Made by a program: the position numbers and the translations under genes. From Myxococcota bacterium (GTDB taxonomy: Bacteria; Myxococcota_A; SURF-8; G963663525), in NCBI GenBank assembly GCA_963676915.2, contig CAXXVK010000012.1, positions 66,536 to 130,535 on the forward strand: 64,000 bases of DNA. Reading direction: 5' to 3'. Shown here piece by piece: positions 20,350 through 29,434 of the stretch (its first letter is position 1; each line of letters opens with the position of its first letter). Under the pieces are notes generated by a model, which ran no database searches, was not told the DNA's origin, and saw nothing but the letters and a program-made list of their open reading frames with translations.

Positions 20350-21291
20350 TTACTCCTGTTCCCCTTCCGGACGCATTGGGTTGTACATGGCGACTTCCGC
20401 CCAGGTTTTCTTGCCTTCAATTGCAATGTGTTCGGCAGACCACGACACGGGGTAGTTCAAGACCGTATTGATTTTGGCATCGGTTTCGGGAGTACCGACG
20501 TTCGGTTTATCTCCCCAGCGAATGTCGTGGTACAGGAAGTACTTCATGAAGAAATGCGCCATGTGGGTATTGGGAATGTAGGCAACCAACAGAAAAGCGA
20601 TTACCAACTGCGCGATAAAAAGCGGATGGGTCAATTCGATGAAATCGAATGTTATAAGACCCGTAAAAAATCCACTCAACATGCTGAAGGAAGGATCTAC
20701 GAACAACCAGGTCAGCAAAGCAACAGTGGTTGAGATCATAAATAGCGTCAAATTGAAAAAGTGCCCAAAGCTTGAGTAAGTACGCATGTCGGGATCTGTC
20801 AGCCGTTTAACGAATAACCCAAAAGCTCCGGAAAATGTTAGGATAAGCCCTAATGGTCCAAGGAGAGACATCAACGCCATCACGACCGAGCCAGGAGCTA
20901 TTCCGCTTCCCAGCGAAATACCCGCAAGCTGTAGCATGACGCCAACGATGAGGACACCCAAGAAAGCACAAAGGATGTACAGACCCAAATGAAAAGGATA
21001 GGTTACAAACCATAAAGGACGGTTGTGTTCCCATACCGCTTTAAGAAGCAGGATTTCAGGAACCATTACTTTCAACTCGCCCACGAGTGAAAATTCCCGT
21101 TCTTTTTTCCACCAATCCACCTCTTCGAGATAGCTTCCTCCCCATTCGGCGCGTTTGCCTTCGTGGGCAACGGGATACAACTCCCAGCGAACGTGAATGG
21201 GATTTCTTAAATAGCTGATAAACCGGCCAAGGACCGCAGCGGTAAATACGATTACCGAAAGATAGGCGATCAGATAGACAAACCAAGTCAT
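20350..21291 (-). CDS. DsrM/NarI-like membrane cytochrome b subunit
   Basis: About 6 TM helices; PIHVRWELYPVAHE, YPFHLG, YIPNTHMAHFF; immediately upstream of the DsrK-like gene. Confidence 0.85.
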   Translation of the reverse strand: MTWFVYLIAYLSVIVFTAAVLGRFISYLRNPIHVRWELYPVAHEGKRAEWGGSYLEEVDWWKKEREFSLVGELKVMVPEILLLKAVWEHNRPLWFVTYPFHLGLYILCAFLGVLIVGVMLQLAGISLGSGIAPGSVVMALMSLLGPLGLILTFSGAFGLFVKRLTDPDMRTYSSFGHFFNLTLFMISTTVALLTWLFVDPSFSMLSGFFTGLITFDFIELTHPLFIAQLVIAFLLVAYIPNTHMAHFFMKYFLYHDIRWGDKPNVGTPETDAKINTVLNYPVSWSAEHIAIEGKKTWAEVAMYNPMRPEGEQE

Positions 21292-21335
21292 TGATCTTCT
21301 CCTGTTCAGATTCCGCCATGTGCGGGAAAACGTTG

Positions 21336-21716
21336 TTAATCCAATAAATTGCGAGCCATCTCTACCAATTCGTTCTTATCGATTGGCTTGGACATGAATC
21401 CATCGGGTTTGGGAATCTGTCGGCGGTTGTCGAGGAAATACTTCATTCCGTCACCAATAGCCGTGATGATGATGACGGGGATGTTTTTCAATGCCTCGTC
21501 TTCTTTGAGATCCCGATAGGTACGAACGCCCGATTGTTTCGGCATCGTCATGTCCAGAGTAATGAGGTCCGGTTTTTCCTTGCGAGCCATTTCCATAGCC
21601 TGGATGCCGTCCAGAGCCGTTACAGTGTCGAACCCGTTGTCACTGAAAAACGCCGCCATGAACGTGAGCAGATCTTGCTCGTCATCCACGATCAGAATTT
21701 TCTTTTTTTCGGCCAT
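21336..21716 (-). CDS. Single-domain response regulator
   Basis: ILIVDDE, PDLITLDMTMP, IITA, SKP; paralogous to 18131..18667. Confidence 0.93.
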   Translation of the reverse strand: MAEKKKILIVDDEQDLLTFMAAFFSDNGFDTVTALDGIQAMEMARKEKPDLITLDMTMPKQSGVRTYRDLKEDEALKNIPVIIITAIGDGMKYFLDNRRQIPKPDGFMSKPIDKNELVEMARNLLD

Positions 21717-21769
21717 GATCGCTAATTCTCCTTGTGTGAATTACGTTTCAAAAAGTATGCTTTTTGCCG

Positions 21770-21979
21770 TTACGGATCGTTCCGCACGGAGCTTCCATGT
21801 TTTTCCAGTTCTTTTTCTGCAAGCCTTCGAATTTTGTAGGCATTGTCCCGTAGCGTACCGAACACTACGCCGCAGCCAGCATCCCGACGAGCCTCGTCAC
21901 CTCGGTCGGCCAATTCCAACATGGTTTTGCTGATCTCCACGACACGGCGAAGGAAATCGTCAATGGCAGGTGAATCCAT
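21770..21979 (-). CDS. Small helical protein with DAGCGVVFG motif
   Basis: 69 aa ORF with GAGG RBS, first gene after the sigma54 promoter. Confidence 0.75.
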   Translation of the reverse strand: MDSPAIDDFLRRVVEISKTMLELADRGDEARRDAGCGVVFGTLRDNAYKIRRLAEKELEKHGSSVRNDP

Positions 21980-22018
21980 AGCTTTACCCTCAATATTCGA
22001 TGAGACACACTTGAATAA

Positions 22019-22035
22019 AGCAAAACGAAGGCCAA
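22019..22035 (-). promoter_or_regulatory. Sigma54 (-24/-12) promoter of the DsrMK-like operon
   Basis: Minus strand TTGGCCTTCGTTTTGCT = GG-N10-GC, 40 bp upstream of the first ATG. Confidence 0.75.
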
Positions 22036-22174
22036 TATCTTGTTATGAATATGAGGATTTTAAAATCATCAATAAAAGCGAGGGGTTGGAAATTTCAATA
22101 CATATTGGAGCGTGGGAAGAAGCAAATTTGTGTCTCGATCTATATCGAGTCCTGAAGGCAGGTTAACAGCAAGC

Positions 22175-22187
22175 TAACTTATTGATT
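22175..22187 (-). promoter_or_regulatory. IHF-binding site
   Basis: Minus strand AATCAATAAGTTA matches WATCAANNNNTTR, in an AT-rich region upstream of the sigma54 promoter. Confidence 0.55.
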
Positions 22188-22349
22188 TTTAAGAATAAAA
22201 ATCTATATTATACATAAAGCATACCGATAGGGTGTCTCATTGAGTATCCTGAGAAGAACGTGAAACACGAGACACGATCCGATTTCCAATAATCTAGAAT
22301 CAGAATTCTATCTCTTGTAATCGAACATACGAGAGGAGCAGATCTGTGA

Positions 22350-24134
22350 TTATTGTTCCATTTTCTCCAGATACCTGAAAATGGTTCGAGGATCTACATC
22401 AAGCATTTTAGCAGTCTTGGTACGATTGTTGGCGTTATACCGAAGGGCTTCGAGAATATACTTTTGCTGAAATTCCTCGCGTGCTTCAGCTAACGTTTTC
22501 AGTACGGGTGGCTGGGGATTTTCAAGATCCAGGTCTTCTGCCTCGATGATGCTCTTTTCCGCCATGACAATGGCTTTTTTCACTCGGTTTTCCAATTCCC
22601 GTACGTTTCCCGGCCAGCTATGCAGCCGGATGGCTTCGGAAGCTTTCGGAGAAAATCCAGTAATTTTGGCTTTGTATTCTTCTGCATAACGCTTCAAGAA
22701 ATACTTGGCGATCAGCAAGGTATCGTCGTCCCGATCTTTCAGAGATGGGAGTTCCAGGCCCACGACGTTCAATCGATAGTATAAATCTTCCCGAAATTCC
22801 TGGGTTTCTACCATTTTTTCCAGAGGTCGATTGGTCGCGGCAATCACGCGAATATCAACCTTTTCCGGCTTGGTCGAACCGACCGGCAGGATGGTATGTT
22901 CTTCCAGCGCCCGCAAGATTTTGACCTGAAGCGCCATCGGCATATCACCGATTTCGTCAAGAAACAATGTCCCTTGATGAGCCGCCTTGAATTTTCCGCT
23001 TTTGTCGGACACAGCACCGGTGAACGCTCCACGTTTATGACCGAACAGTTCGCTTTCCAGCAGATCCTGGGGAATCGCGCCGCAGTTGATGGCAACGAAC
23101 GGACCTTTCGCCCGATGGGACTGGTTGTGAATCTCATGTGCCACCAGTTCTTTACCGGTCCCGGTTTCTCCACGAATCAGCACCGGAATATCCGCCTGAG
23201 CCACTTTCGAGATCTTACGGAACACATCCTGCATGACTTCCGAGGAACCGATGATCGCTCCCTGTCGCATCTGATCGATTTGGTCTTTCAACTGCTGCTG
23301 ATCCAGCTTAAGTTCGTCGATGGCCAATGCGTTTTGAATAACCAAGGCCGCCTGACTGGCGAAAATTTCCAGCAATTCCAGTTTATGGGGCGTGAATAGG
23401 TTGATGATATCGTTGTTTCCAACGTACAAAATACCGAACAGGTTTTCCCGCACGATCAGCGGTGCACACATAACGGAACTCAATTTCAGATCGAGCACGC
23501 TGGCAGCGTTTTTGTAGGCATCCTCGTTCATCGCATCGGAAACGATCAAAGCCCGACGTTCCTCAATGACTTGTTGGATGATGGTATCCGATACGTAATC
23601 CGTTCCGTGCTGGATCGTCTCGCGTTGCACGTTCCTCGCCGCCGTGATGTGAAAACGGTCCGTTTCATCCCGCAAAATCAGGAAACCGTTGGACGCACCG
23701 GTCACTTCGATGACCGTATCCATCAGGTGGTCGAGGATTTCCTCCACCGTGTGTCGGCTCATCATCATCGAGGTGAATTCATAAAGTTTTCGATAACTTG
23801 CGATCTCCTGATTCACGCTATCGTCCGGCGACATGGCCAACTCGTCGTAGAGGTCAAATAATAATTCCACCTCACCTAACGTTACCTTGTCATGATGCAC
23901 CAGACGTGCGGCTTTTTCCTTTTTACCATTGACGAATACGACGCATTTTTTCGAAACCTGGGAGATGTTGTAATGTTTTCCATCGAAATGGATCACGGCG
24001 TGATTGCTTTGCACACTGGGGTCATCGAAAACGACATCGTTCGTCGGTTCTTGCCCCAACGTCGTGATTTTCTTAAATAATTTAACTCTCTGCGAACCTT
24101 TCGCATTGGTCGTGGTGAACACGAGAGATGGCAT
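22350..24134 (-). CDS. FHA-GAF sigma54-dependent transcriptional activator
   Basis: Start MPSLVF after GGAGG; FHA-like TLGQEPTNDVVFDDPSVQSNHA; GAF SVMCAPL..GILYV; GETGTGKE, GAFTGA, WPGNVRELEN, HTH. Confidence 0.92.
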   Translation of the reverse strand: MPSLVFTTTNAKGSQRVKLFKKITTLGQEPTNDVVFDDPSVQSNHAVIHFDGKHYNISQVSKKCVVFVNGKKEKAARLVHHDKVTLGEVELLFDLYDELAMSPDDSVNQEIASYRKLYEFTSMMMSRHTVEEILDHLMDTVIEVTGASNGFLILRDETDRFHITAARNVQRETIQHGTDYVSDTIIQQVIEERRALIVSDAMNEDAYKNAASVLDLKLSSVMCAPLIVRENLFGILYVGNNDIINLFTPHKLELLEIFASQAALVIQNALAIDELKLDQQQLKDQIDQMRQGAIIGSSEVMQDVFRKISKVAQADIPVLIRGETGTGKELVAHEIHNQSHRAKGPFVAINCGAIPQDLLESELFGHKRGAFTGAVSDKSGKFKAAHQGTLFLDEIGDMPMALQVKILRALEEHTILPVGSTKPEKVDIRVIAATNRPLEKMVETQEFREDLYYRLNVVGLELPSLKDRDDDTLLIAKYFLKRYAEEYKAKITGFSPKASEAIRLHSWPGNVRELENRVKKAIVMAEKSIIEAEDLDLENPQPPVLKTLAEAREEFQQKYILEALRYNANNRTKTAKMLDVDPRTIFRYLEKMEQ

Positions 24135-24660
24135 ATTGTGACCTCCGGTTCGGTCGAGCTGAATTTCTGCACAACAATAATCGCTTCTACGAAAAGATCG
24201 TCTCCCCCCGTTCTGTGCGTTCTCGTTACTATAGCAGATTTCCTCGATTCCCAAGCTGAAAACATGAAAAAAGCCTTTCACTGCCGAAACGATCTGAGAT
24301 GCAATGAAGAGTGTAATCAGTCGAGTGGTCATTTTCTAAAGATTTTGAGAAGAAATCGGATCTTAGGTTTTCTCATAGGAAGGATCGTTAAGTTTCGTTC
24401 ACATGGCAGAACGATCTGTAAAGGGAAGTTGTCTTTGGGGGAAATCTTGTCAAATATCCAACTCATCGCCAAAGGAACGATGTGAAAGCAAATCGAAGAC
24501 GAAAAACAGAACCTCTCAAAATAAAAGATCTAAAAAAGCGTTATAATTCCAGCATGTTGAAAATACTGGACAAGATTTCTCCGTAAAGGCAGGATAAAAT
24601 AAGGACAAAGAAAAAACATAGTTTTTTCCTTTCCATTTAAATCGAAAGAATATCCGTTTA

Positions 24661-24676
24661 TGGCATCGGTTTTGCA
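24661..24676 (+). promoter_or_regulatory. Sigma54 promoter of the Kazal lipoprotein gene
   Basis: TGGCATCGGTTTTGCA, a near-consensus -24/-12 site, about 43 bp upstream of ATG 24720. Confidence 0.8.
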
Positions 24677-24719
24677 AAATCTATTGAGACGAGATATTGG
24701 ATTAAGACATGGAACGGCC

Positions 24720-26837
24720 ATGAAAAACTTTTTAACATTCTCTTTGGTTCTCCTTTTTATCACGGTGCAAGGCTGCGTCCTGCAATCCAGCGATTCCGTT
24801 GCAGGAGTCAACGACGCTGCCGGTGACAACAGGGACGACGAACAAAACGGTACGGGAGACCTTTCTCCTGATGGTTCCGTAGACGACTCCGAGTATCCCA
24901 ACAGTTCAGGAGGGGATGAAGAAGAGATCAACGGACAAGAAGGTGATGGTGATCCTTCTTCGTCCCATGCTGATGATCTGATCCTACCGTTTCTTGTGAA
25001 TCTTAGCGGTCTGCAAGACCTTTTCGGAGAAGAGCTGACCAGCTACAATATCGATTACGGCGAACAAACCGACCTGATGCTGACCGAAACGTCCCCCTAC
25101 GCCGGCATCACTTTCGACGCTTTGGCAGGAGCCAATATCACCGCAACGGTTTCGGCTCCCTCCGATAGCTTCGTAAGCCCTGTTCTTGTCCTGTACGGCC
25201 CGAAAAGCTCAACAGGATTGTGGAGCCGAGAAATCGCCATGAAAATCGCCGATGAAGGTCAGCACGAAGCATTTCTGTACTCGATTCCCATCGATACCGA
25301 AGGCCAATATCTCCTGTTGGCAACGGGACTTCCCATCATCCCGGATACACCCCTGGAAGTCACATTGGGTTGCCATGGACAATGCGTCGAGCCGTATTGC
25401 CCCGACAACACCTGTCAGGCGTTTTGTCCCGAAGGTTTCCGATTGGACGCCAACGGCTGCCCGTCCTGCCAATGCCGGGAAGCGACCTGTTCCTGTCTCG
25501 AAGACGAAGATTGCCCCCAAGGTCATTATTGTATGGATTGCCAGTGCCTCCCGGAAGAAAATCCTCCCGATGGCGACGATGACCTTTGCGGATGTCCCGA
25601 CGATTGGGATCCCGTATGTACCGAGGACGGTACGCAATTCGCCAACGATTGCATAGCGTTATGCCTGCTTGGTCCAGAGACAACCTTCATGCCCTGCAAC
25701 GATCCGGGTGACACTTGCGTGACCGATGAAGATTGCATTGAAGGCACCATGTGCGTCGCGGGGGTCTGCTCGGCCAATACCGATTGCAACTGTACAGGCA
25801 TTTACGATCCAGTGTGTGGCGTCAACGGCGTAACCTATGCCAACGAATGCGAAGCGTCCTGCATCGGTGTGGCAATTGCCTACATCGGCGATTGCTCCGA
25901 CCCCGCAAACCTGATTTGCGAACCGGTCTGTATCAGCGCTTCGGGTACTGAAGCCTGGAACTTCCCTTGCACGGGAGACGTGGTATTCGATAGCTGTTTG
26001 GGCTGTTACGCCTCCTGCGACCAGGCCGAAACTCGTCAGGAAGGTTGGTACGCCCACTGCATCATTGACGACATCGGCGAAGAAACGATCACCTTGATTC
26101 AGTATGCTGACTGCGTACTCAACTGCGGTTGCCCGGATACTTGGGAGCCTGTTTGCAGTCTCGATGGTGTAACCTATCCCAACCTCTGTGAACTTGACTG
26201 TGCCGACGCGATGTTCGGCTACGAAGGAGAATGCGAGGAAGGTATTTTCGGATGCCTTGAAAACAGCGACTGCCCGACCGGAGAAATCTGCATGCTCGAC
26301 AATCTCGAAGGTTGCTCCGAAGACGATTACGGTTCCAGCCCGGAATGCACCGGCTTTTGCATAGAGTATCCCGACGTTAACGACATGCCCTGTACAGCCA
26401 ACGCGGACTGCCCCGCCGGTTATGCATGCGTCGAAGGATATTGTCAGGTTTCCTGGAGCGCGGACGACTGCATCATTACGGGGAGACATGGTGAAATCTG
26501 CGCGAACGAAGAAGTCACGACGCAATCAGCCTATTCCGACGAATTTGCATGCTATGGACTCTCCGAATGCACGCTCCTTGAAACCGGCGAGTGCGGTTGG
26601 CTGGAGACCCCGGATTTTCTGGAATGTCTGAGTTTCACAGGTCGCACGGAATGCGACTCCGATGGACAATGCACAAGTGGCCAATATTGCTCAGCCGAAG
26701 GTTTTTGCCAGACAATGGACTGCCAGTGCCCCGGCATCGTGATGCCGATCTGCCTCCCGGACGGCAACCGATATGCAAGCCCTTGCATTGCCGCCTGCGA
26801 AAACATTACGGAAGAGCAAATCGACTTCTGTGAATAG
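24720..26837 (+). CDS. Cys-rich lipoprotein with PPC-like domain, antistasin-like module and four Kazal-type domains
   Basis: Lipobox VQGC; Kazal CPDDWDPVCTEDGTQFANDC, CTGIYDPVCGVNGVTYANEC, CPDTWEPVCSLDGVTYPNLC, CPGIVMPICLPDGNRYASPC; antistasin-like CQAFCPEGFRLDANGCPSCQC. Confidence 0.85.
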   Translation: MKNFLTFSLVLLFITVQGCVLQSSDSVAGVNDAAGDNRDDEQNGTGDLSPDGSVDDSEYPNSSGGDEEEINGQEGDGDPSSSHADDLILPFLVNLSGLQDLFGEELTSYNIDYGEQTDLMLTETSPYAGITFDALAGANITATVSAPSDSFVSPVLVLYGPKSSTGLWSREIAMKIADEGQHEAFLYSIPIDTEGQYLLLATGLPIIPDTPLEVTLGCHGQCVEPYCPDNTCQAFCPEGFRLDANGCPSCQCREATCSCLEDEDCPQGHYCMDCQCLPEENPPDGDDDLCGCPDDWDPVCTEDGTQFANDCIALCLLGPETTFMPCNDPGDTCVTDEDCIEGTMCVAGVCSANTDCNCTGIYDPVCGVNGVTYANECEASCIGVAIAYIGDCSDPANLICEPVCISASGTEAWNFPCTGDVVFDSCLGCYASCDQAETRQEGWYAHCIIDDIGEETITLIQYADCVLNCGCPDTWEPVCSLDGVTYPNLCELDCADAMFGYEGECEEGIFGCLENSDCPTGEICMLDNLEGCSEDDYGSSPECTGFCIEYPDVNDMPCTANADCPAGYACVEGYCQVSWSADDCIITGRHGEICANEEVTTQSAYSDEFACYGLSECTLLETGECGWLETPDFLECLSFTGRTECDSDGQCTSGQYCSAEGFCQTMDCQCPGIVMPICLPDGNRYASPCIAACENITEEQIDFCE

Positions 26838-26872
26838 CTGTTACAAAACAAGCCAAAATACCCATAAACAAA

Positions 26873-26906
26873 AAAGCGGGTCGGATAATTTCTTCCGACC
26901 CGCTTT
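26873..26906 (-). terminator. Intrinsic terminator between convergent genes
   Basis: Stem AAAGCGGGTCGGA/TCCGACCCGCTTT with a U-rich tail on the minus strand. Confidence 0.8.
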
Positions 26907-26938
26907 AAATTTTCAATGCTTCTTTTACCCTTCCCAAC

Positions 26939-28216
26939 TCAACTTTGAGTCTCGGGTATAAGGGAAATATCGCTGTTGTCATCTTGCAACAGGCGACATA
27001 TTCCTACGGCTTCCGGGTAATCCGAGGTTTCGTGGTTCAACGTCGCTTCGATAACTTCGGGATCGGGTTCCTGATAGTTTTCCGGCTCCTGATACGTCGT
27101 AATCACCCCTTCGTAATTCCTCAATACGGATTTGCTCCCAGAACAAGAAAGCTGGTAGTTCGGCTGGACCGGAATTTTTCCGCCACCACCGGGAGCGTCG
27201 ATGACGTAAACCGGACGAGCATAGCCGCTGGTATGACCGATGAGACTTTCGACGATCTCTATACCTTTGCCGATCGGAGTGCGGAAGTGATTGAGTCCCT
27301 CGGACATATCACACTGGAAAAGATAGTAGGGACGAACCCTGTTCTGTACGAGCAGGTGAACCAGTTTCTTCATTACGAGGGGAGAATCGTTGACTCCAGC
27401 CAGCAGAACCGATTGATTTCCCAACGGAATCCCGGCATCCGCCAAACGAGCCAAGGCTTTCCGTGAAGCCGATGTAAACTCCCTCGGGTGATTGAAATGC
27501 GTATTGATCCACAACGGATGATGCTTTTTCAGCATTGTGACGAGCTCATCATCAATGCGGAACGGCAACACCACCGGCGTGCGCGTACCAATGCGAACGA
27601 TCTCCACATGGTCGATTTCCCGCAAACGGGTCAGGATATCGTCCAGAAAATCCGTAGGTAGCATGAACGGATCTCCGCCGGAGACCAGAACGTCACGGAT
27701 TTCCGGATTGCTACGAATGTATTCGATTCCTGCAGTGATTCGCTCTTTGCTCGGAATAAAGTCTGTTTTGCCGACTTTGCGCTTTCGTGTACAGTGGCGG
27801 CAGTACATCGCACAGGTATTGCTCACCAGAAACAACACTCGGTCGGGATAGCGCTTCGTCACCCCGAGAACCGGGCTGTCACGTTCCTCGGCCAACGGAT
27901 CTTCCATTTCGAAATCCGTCCGCTCCAATTCCTTTGGAGAAGGAAAAGCCTGCTTGAAGATCGGATCGACCTCCAAATTTTTCCTATCGATCAACGAAGC
28001 ATAATACGGAGTAATCGCCAGCGGGAAGGTTTTCAATGTTTTCTCGAACGTTCGCCGCAACTCAGCCGGTAAAGAAATTCCCAGAGCTTCTTCGAAATCA
28101 GGAACTGTTTTTATGGCGTTTTTTACCTGCCATCTCCAATTTTCCCAACGTTCTCGCTCTATTTCCTGATATCCACGTTCTTCGTTGAACTTAATGTCAC
28201 CTGTAAGCGTATCCAT
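26939..28216 (-). CDS. ablA: Lysine 2,3-aminomutase (KamA/AblA, radical SAM + PLP)
   Basis: [54 protein letters not shown]; clustered with ablB. Confidence 0.93.
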   Translation of the reverse strand: MDTLTGDIKFNEERGYQEIERERWENWRWQVKNAIKTVPDFEEALGISLPAELRRTFEKTLKTFPLAITPYYASLIDRKNLEVDPIFKQAFPSPKELERTDFEMEDPLAEERDSPVLGVTKRYPDRVLFLVSNTCAMYCRHCTRKRKVGKTDFIPSKERITAGIEYIRSNPEIRDVLVSGGDPFMLPTDFLDDILTRLREIDHVEIVRIGTRTPVVLPFRIDDELVTMLKKHHPLWINTHFNHPREFTSASRKALARLADAGIPLGNQSVLLAGVNDSPLVMKKLVHLLVQNRVRPYYLFQCDMSEGLNHFRTPIGKGIEIVESLIGHTSGYARPVYVIDAPGGGGKIPVQPNYQLSCSGSKSVLRNYEGVITTYQEPENYQEPDPEVIEATLNHETSDYPEAVGICRLLQDDNSDISLIPETQS

Positions 28217-28261
28217 GTCTCCTCACACGTTTTTTCACCCAACCAATCCGGGTGAATGGGT

Positions 28262-29434
28262 TTACTGTCGGTTCATCTTCCCGTCAAGCGTTTCCGTTTC
28301 CGAAACGAATGAACCGACGGTCTGCGCCGTATCGGCGTGACCTTTTTCACTGTTTATACAAACCTTTTCTATGTATTTATTGTTCATACAGCGTAAGAGC
28401 GCTGAATAAGATAATTTGAATGAAACTTTCGACCCCAACTCCACGCCATTTTTCCGATTTCCGACATTCAACACCGTAATATCGCTGCTCGCTCCGGCAA
28501 TCTGGTAGCGTGTCTCCAGAGGCGTTAGTCCCGACACATCCGTATCGAGTTGACCGATATTAATCAAAGCACGATACCCTCTCTGTCCAGGCAAGTGCGA
28601 ATCGTCCACTTCCATATCAAAAGGTGATGTCTCGCTGTTCGTCTCTCCTAAGGGAACCAAACTTTTTTCTTTGATTTCGGCAACTTCCGCTTCGAGGATC
28701 ATCACGTCGTCCCGCAGTTCGGGAAGCAAACCGCCATTGATCAGATCGGTCCCCAGGAACACGGCTTCTCCAATGCGAAAGTGATTGATTCTCTTGGGTA
28801 ATTGATTTTCGACCATCAAGGGAAGAACAGCCGTAGTACCGGCGGAAACGAAAGGGATTTTCCGCTCGAACTTCAACTCCAACAGTTCGTGATACAGTAA
28901 CAACTGCATCAATTGATCCACTGTTGGCACAACTCCCGTCAAGCACCCGAGATTGGCACCCAAACCAACGACTTCGATATTGGGCAGATTAAACACACGT
29001 TTGTAAAACGACACCAAATGCCCCGGTAGGATTCCCTCCCGAAGATCGCCCAATTCAATCATGATCACGATTTTATGAACTTTTTTGCGTCGCCGCGCTT
29101 CTTCATCGAGCAATTCGATAACTTTTGTCTCCGTAACGAGACTGACATCAGCCCATTCAATCACGCCTTCGACTTCCGACTGAACAGGTGGACGAAGATA
29201 CCACGTTTCGCATTCTGGGAACACATTTCGAATGACTTCCAGGTTTTCTAGCCTGGAATCGCCGAGCGATCTGATACCAGACTTCCCCAACGCATGGATT
29301 GTATCTTGGTGCCCGCAAAGCACTTTTGTCACGATCGTACAATTTGCACCAAATTGACGCATTTGCCTTTCGATCACCGAAAGGTTGTGATTCATAGCTT
29401 CCAGATCAATGATGAGACGGCTCATTGCATCCAC
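28262..29434 (-). CDS. Alanine/ornithine racemase family PLP enzyme
   Basis: VTKV (PLP Lys), GDSRLEN, ELGDLREG, GANLGC, NHFRIGEA, GASSD. Confidence 0.88.
   Translation of the reverse strand: MDAMSRLIIDLEAMNHNLSVIERQMRQFGANCTIVTKVLCGHQDTIHALGKSGIRSLGDSRLENLEVIRNVFPECETWYLRPPVQSEVEGVIEWADVSLVTETKVIELLDEEARRRKKVHKIVIMIELGDLREGILPGHLVSFYKRVFNLPNIEVVGLGANLGCLTGVVPTVDQLMQLLLYHELLELKFERKIPFVSAGTTAVLPLMVENQLPKRINHFRIGEAVFLGTDLINGGLLPELRDDVMILEAEVAEIKEKSLVPLGETNSETSPFDMEVDDSHLPGQRGYRALINIGQLDTDVSGLTPLETRYQIAGASSDITVLNVGNRKNGVELGSKVSFKLSYSALLRCMNNKYIEKVCINSEKGHADTAQTVGSFVSETETLDGKMNRQ

Noticed and set aside
18740-21291. Nitrate reductase or evidence of dissimilatory sulfate reduction
   Set aside because: The NarI-like fold is paired with a DsrK-like protein, not NarGH; dsrAB and dsrC are not in the window, so the metabolism cannot be inferred.
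24135-24719. Longer starts for ORFs 22350..24332 and 24660..26837
   Set aside because: RBS position, signal peptide and the sigma54 promoter at 24661 favour starts at 24134 and 24720.
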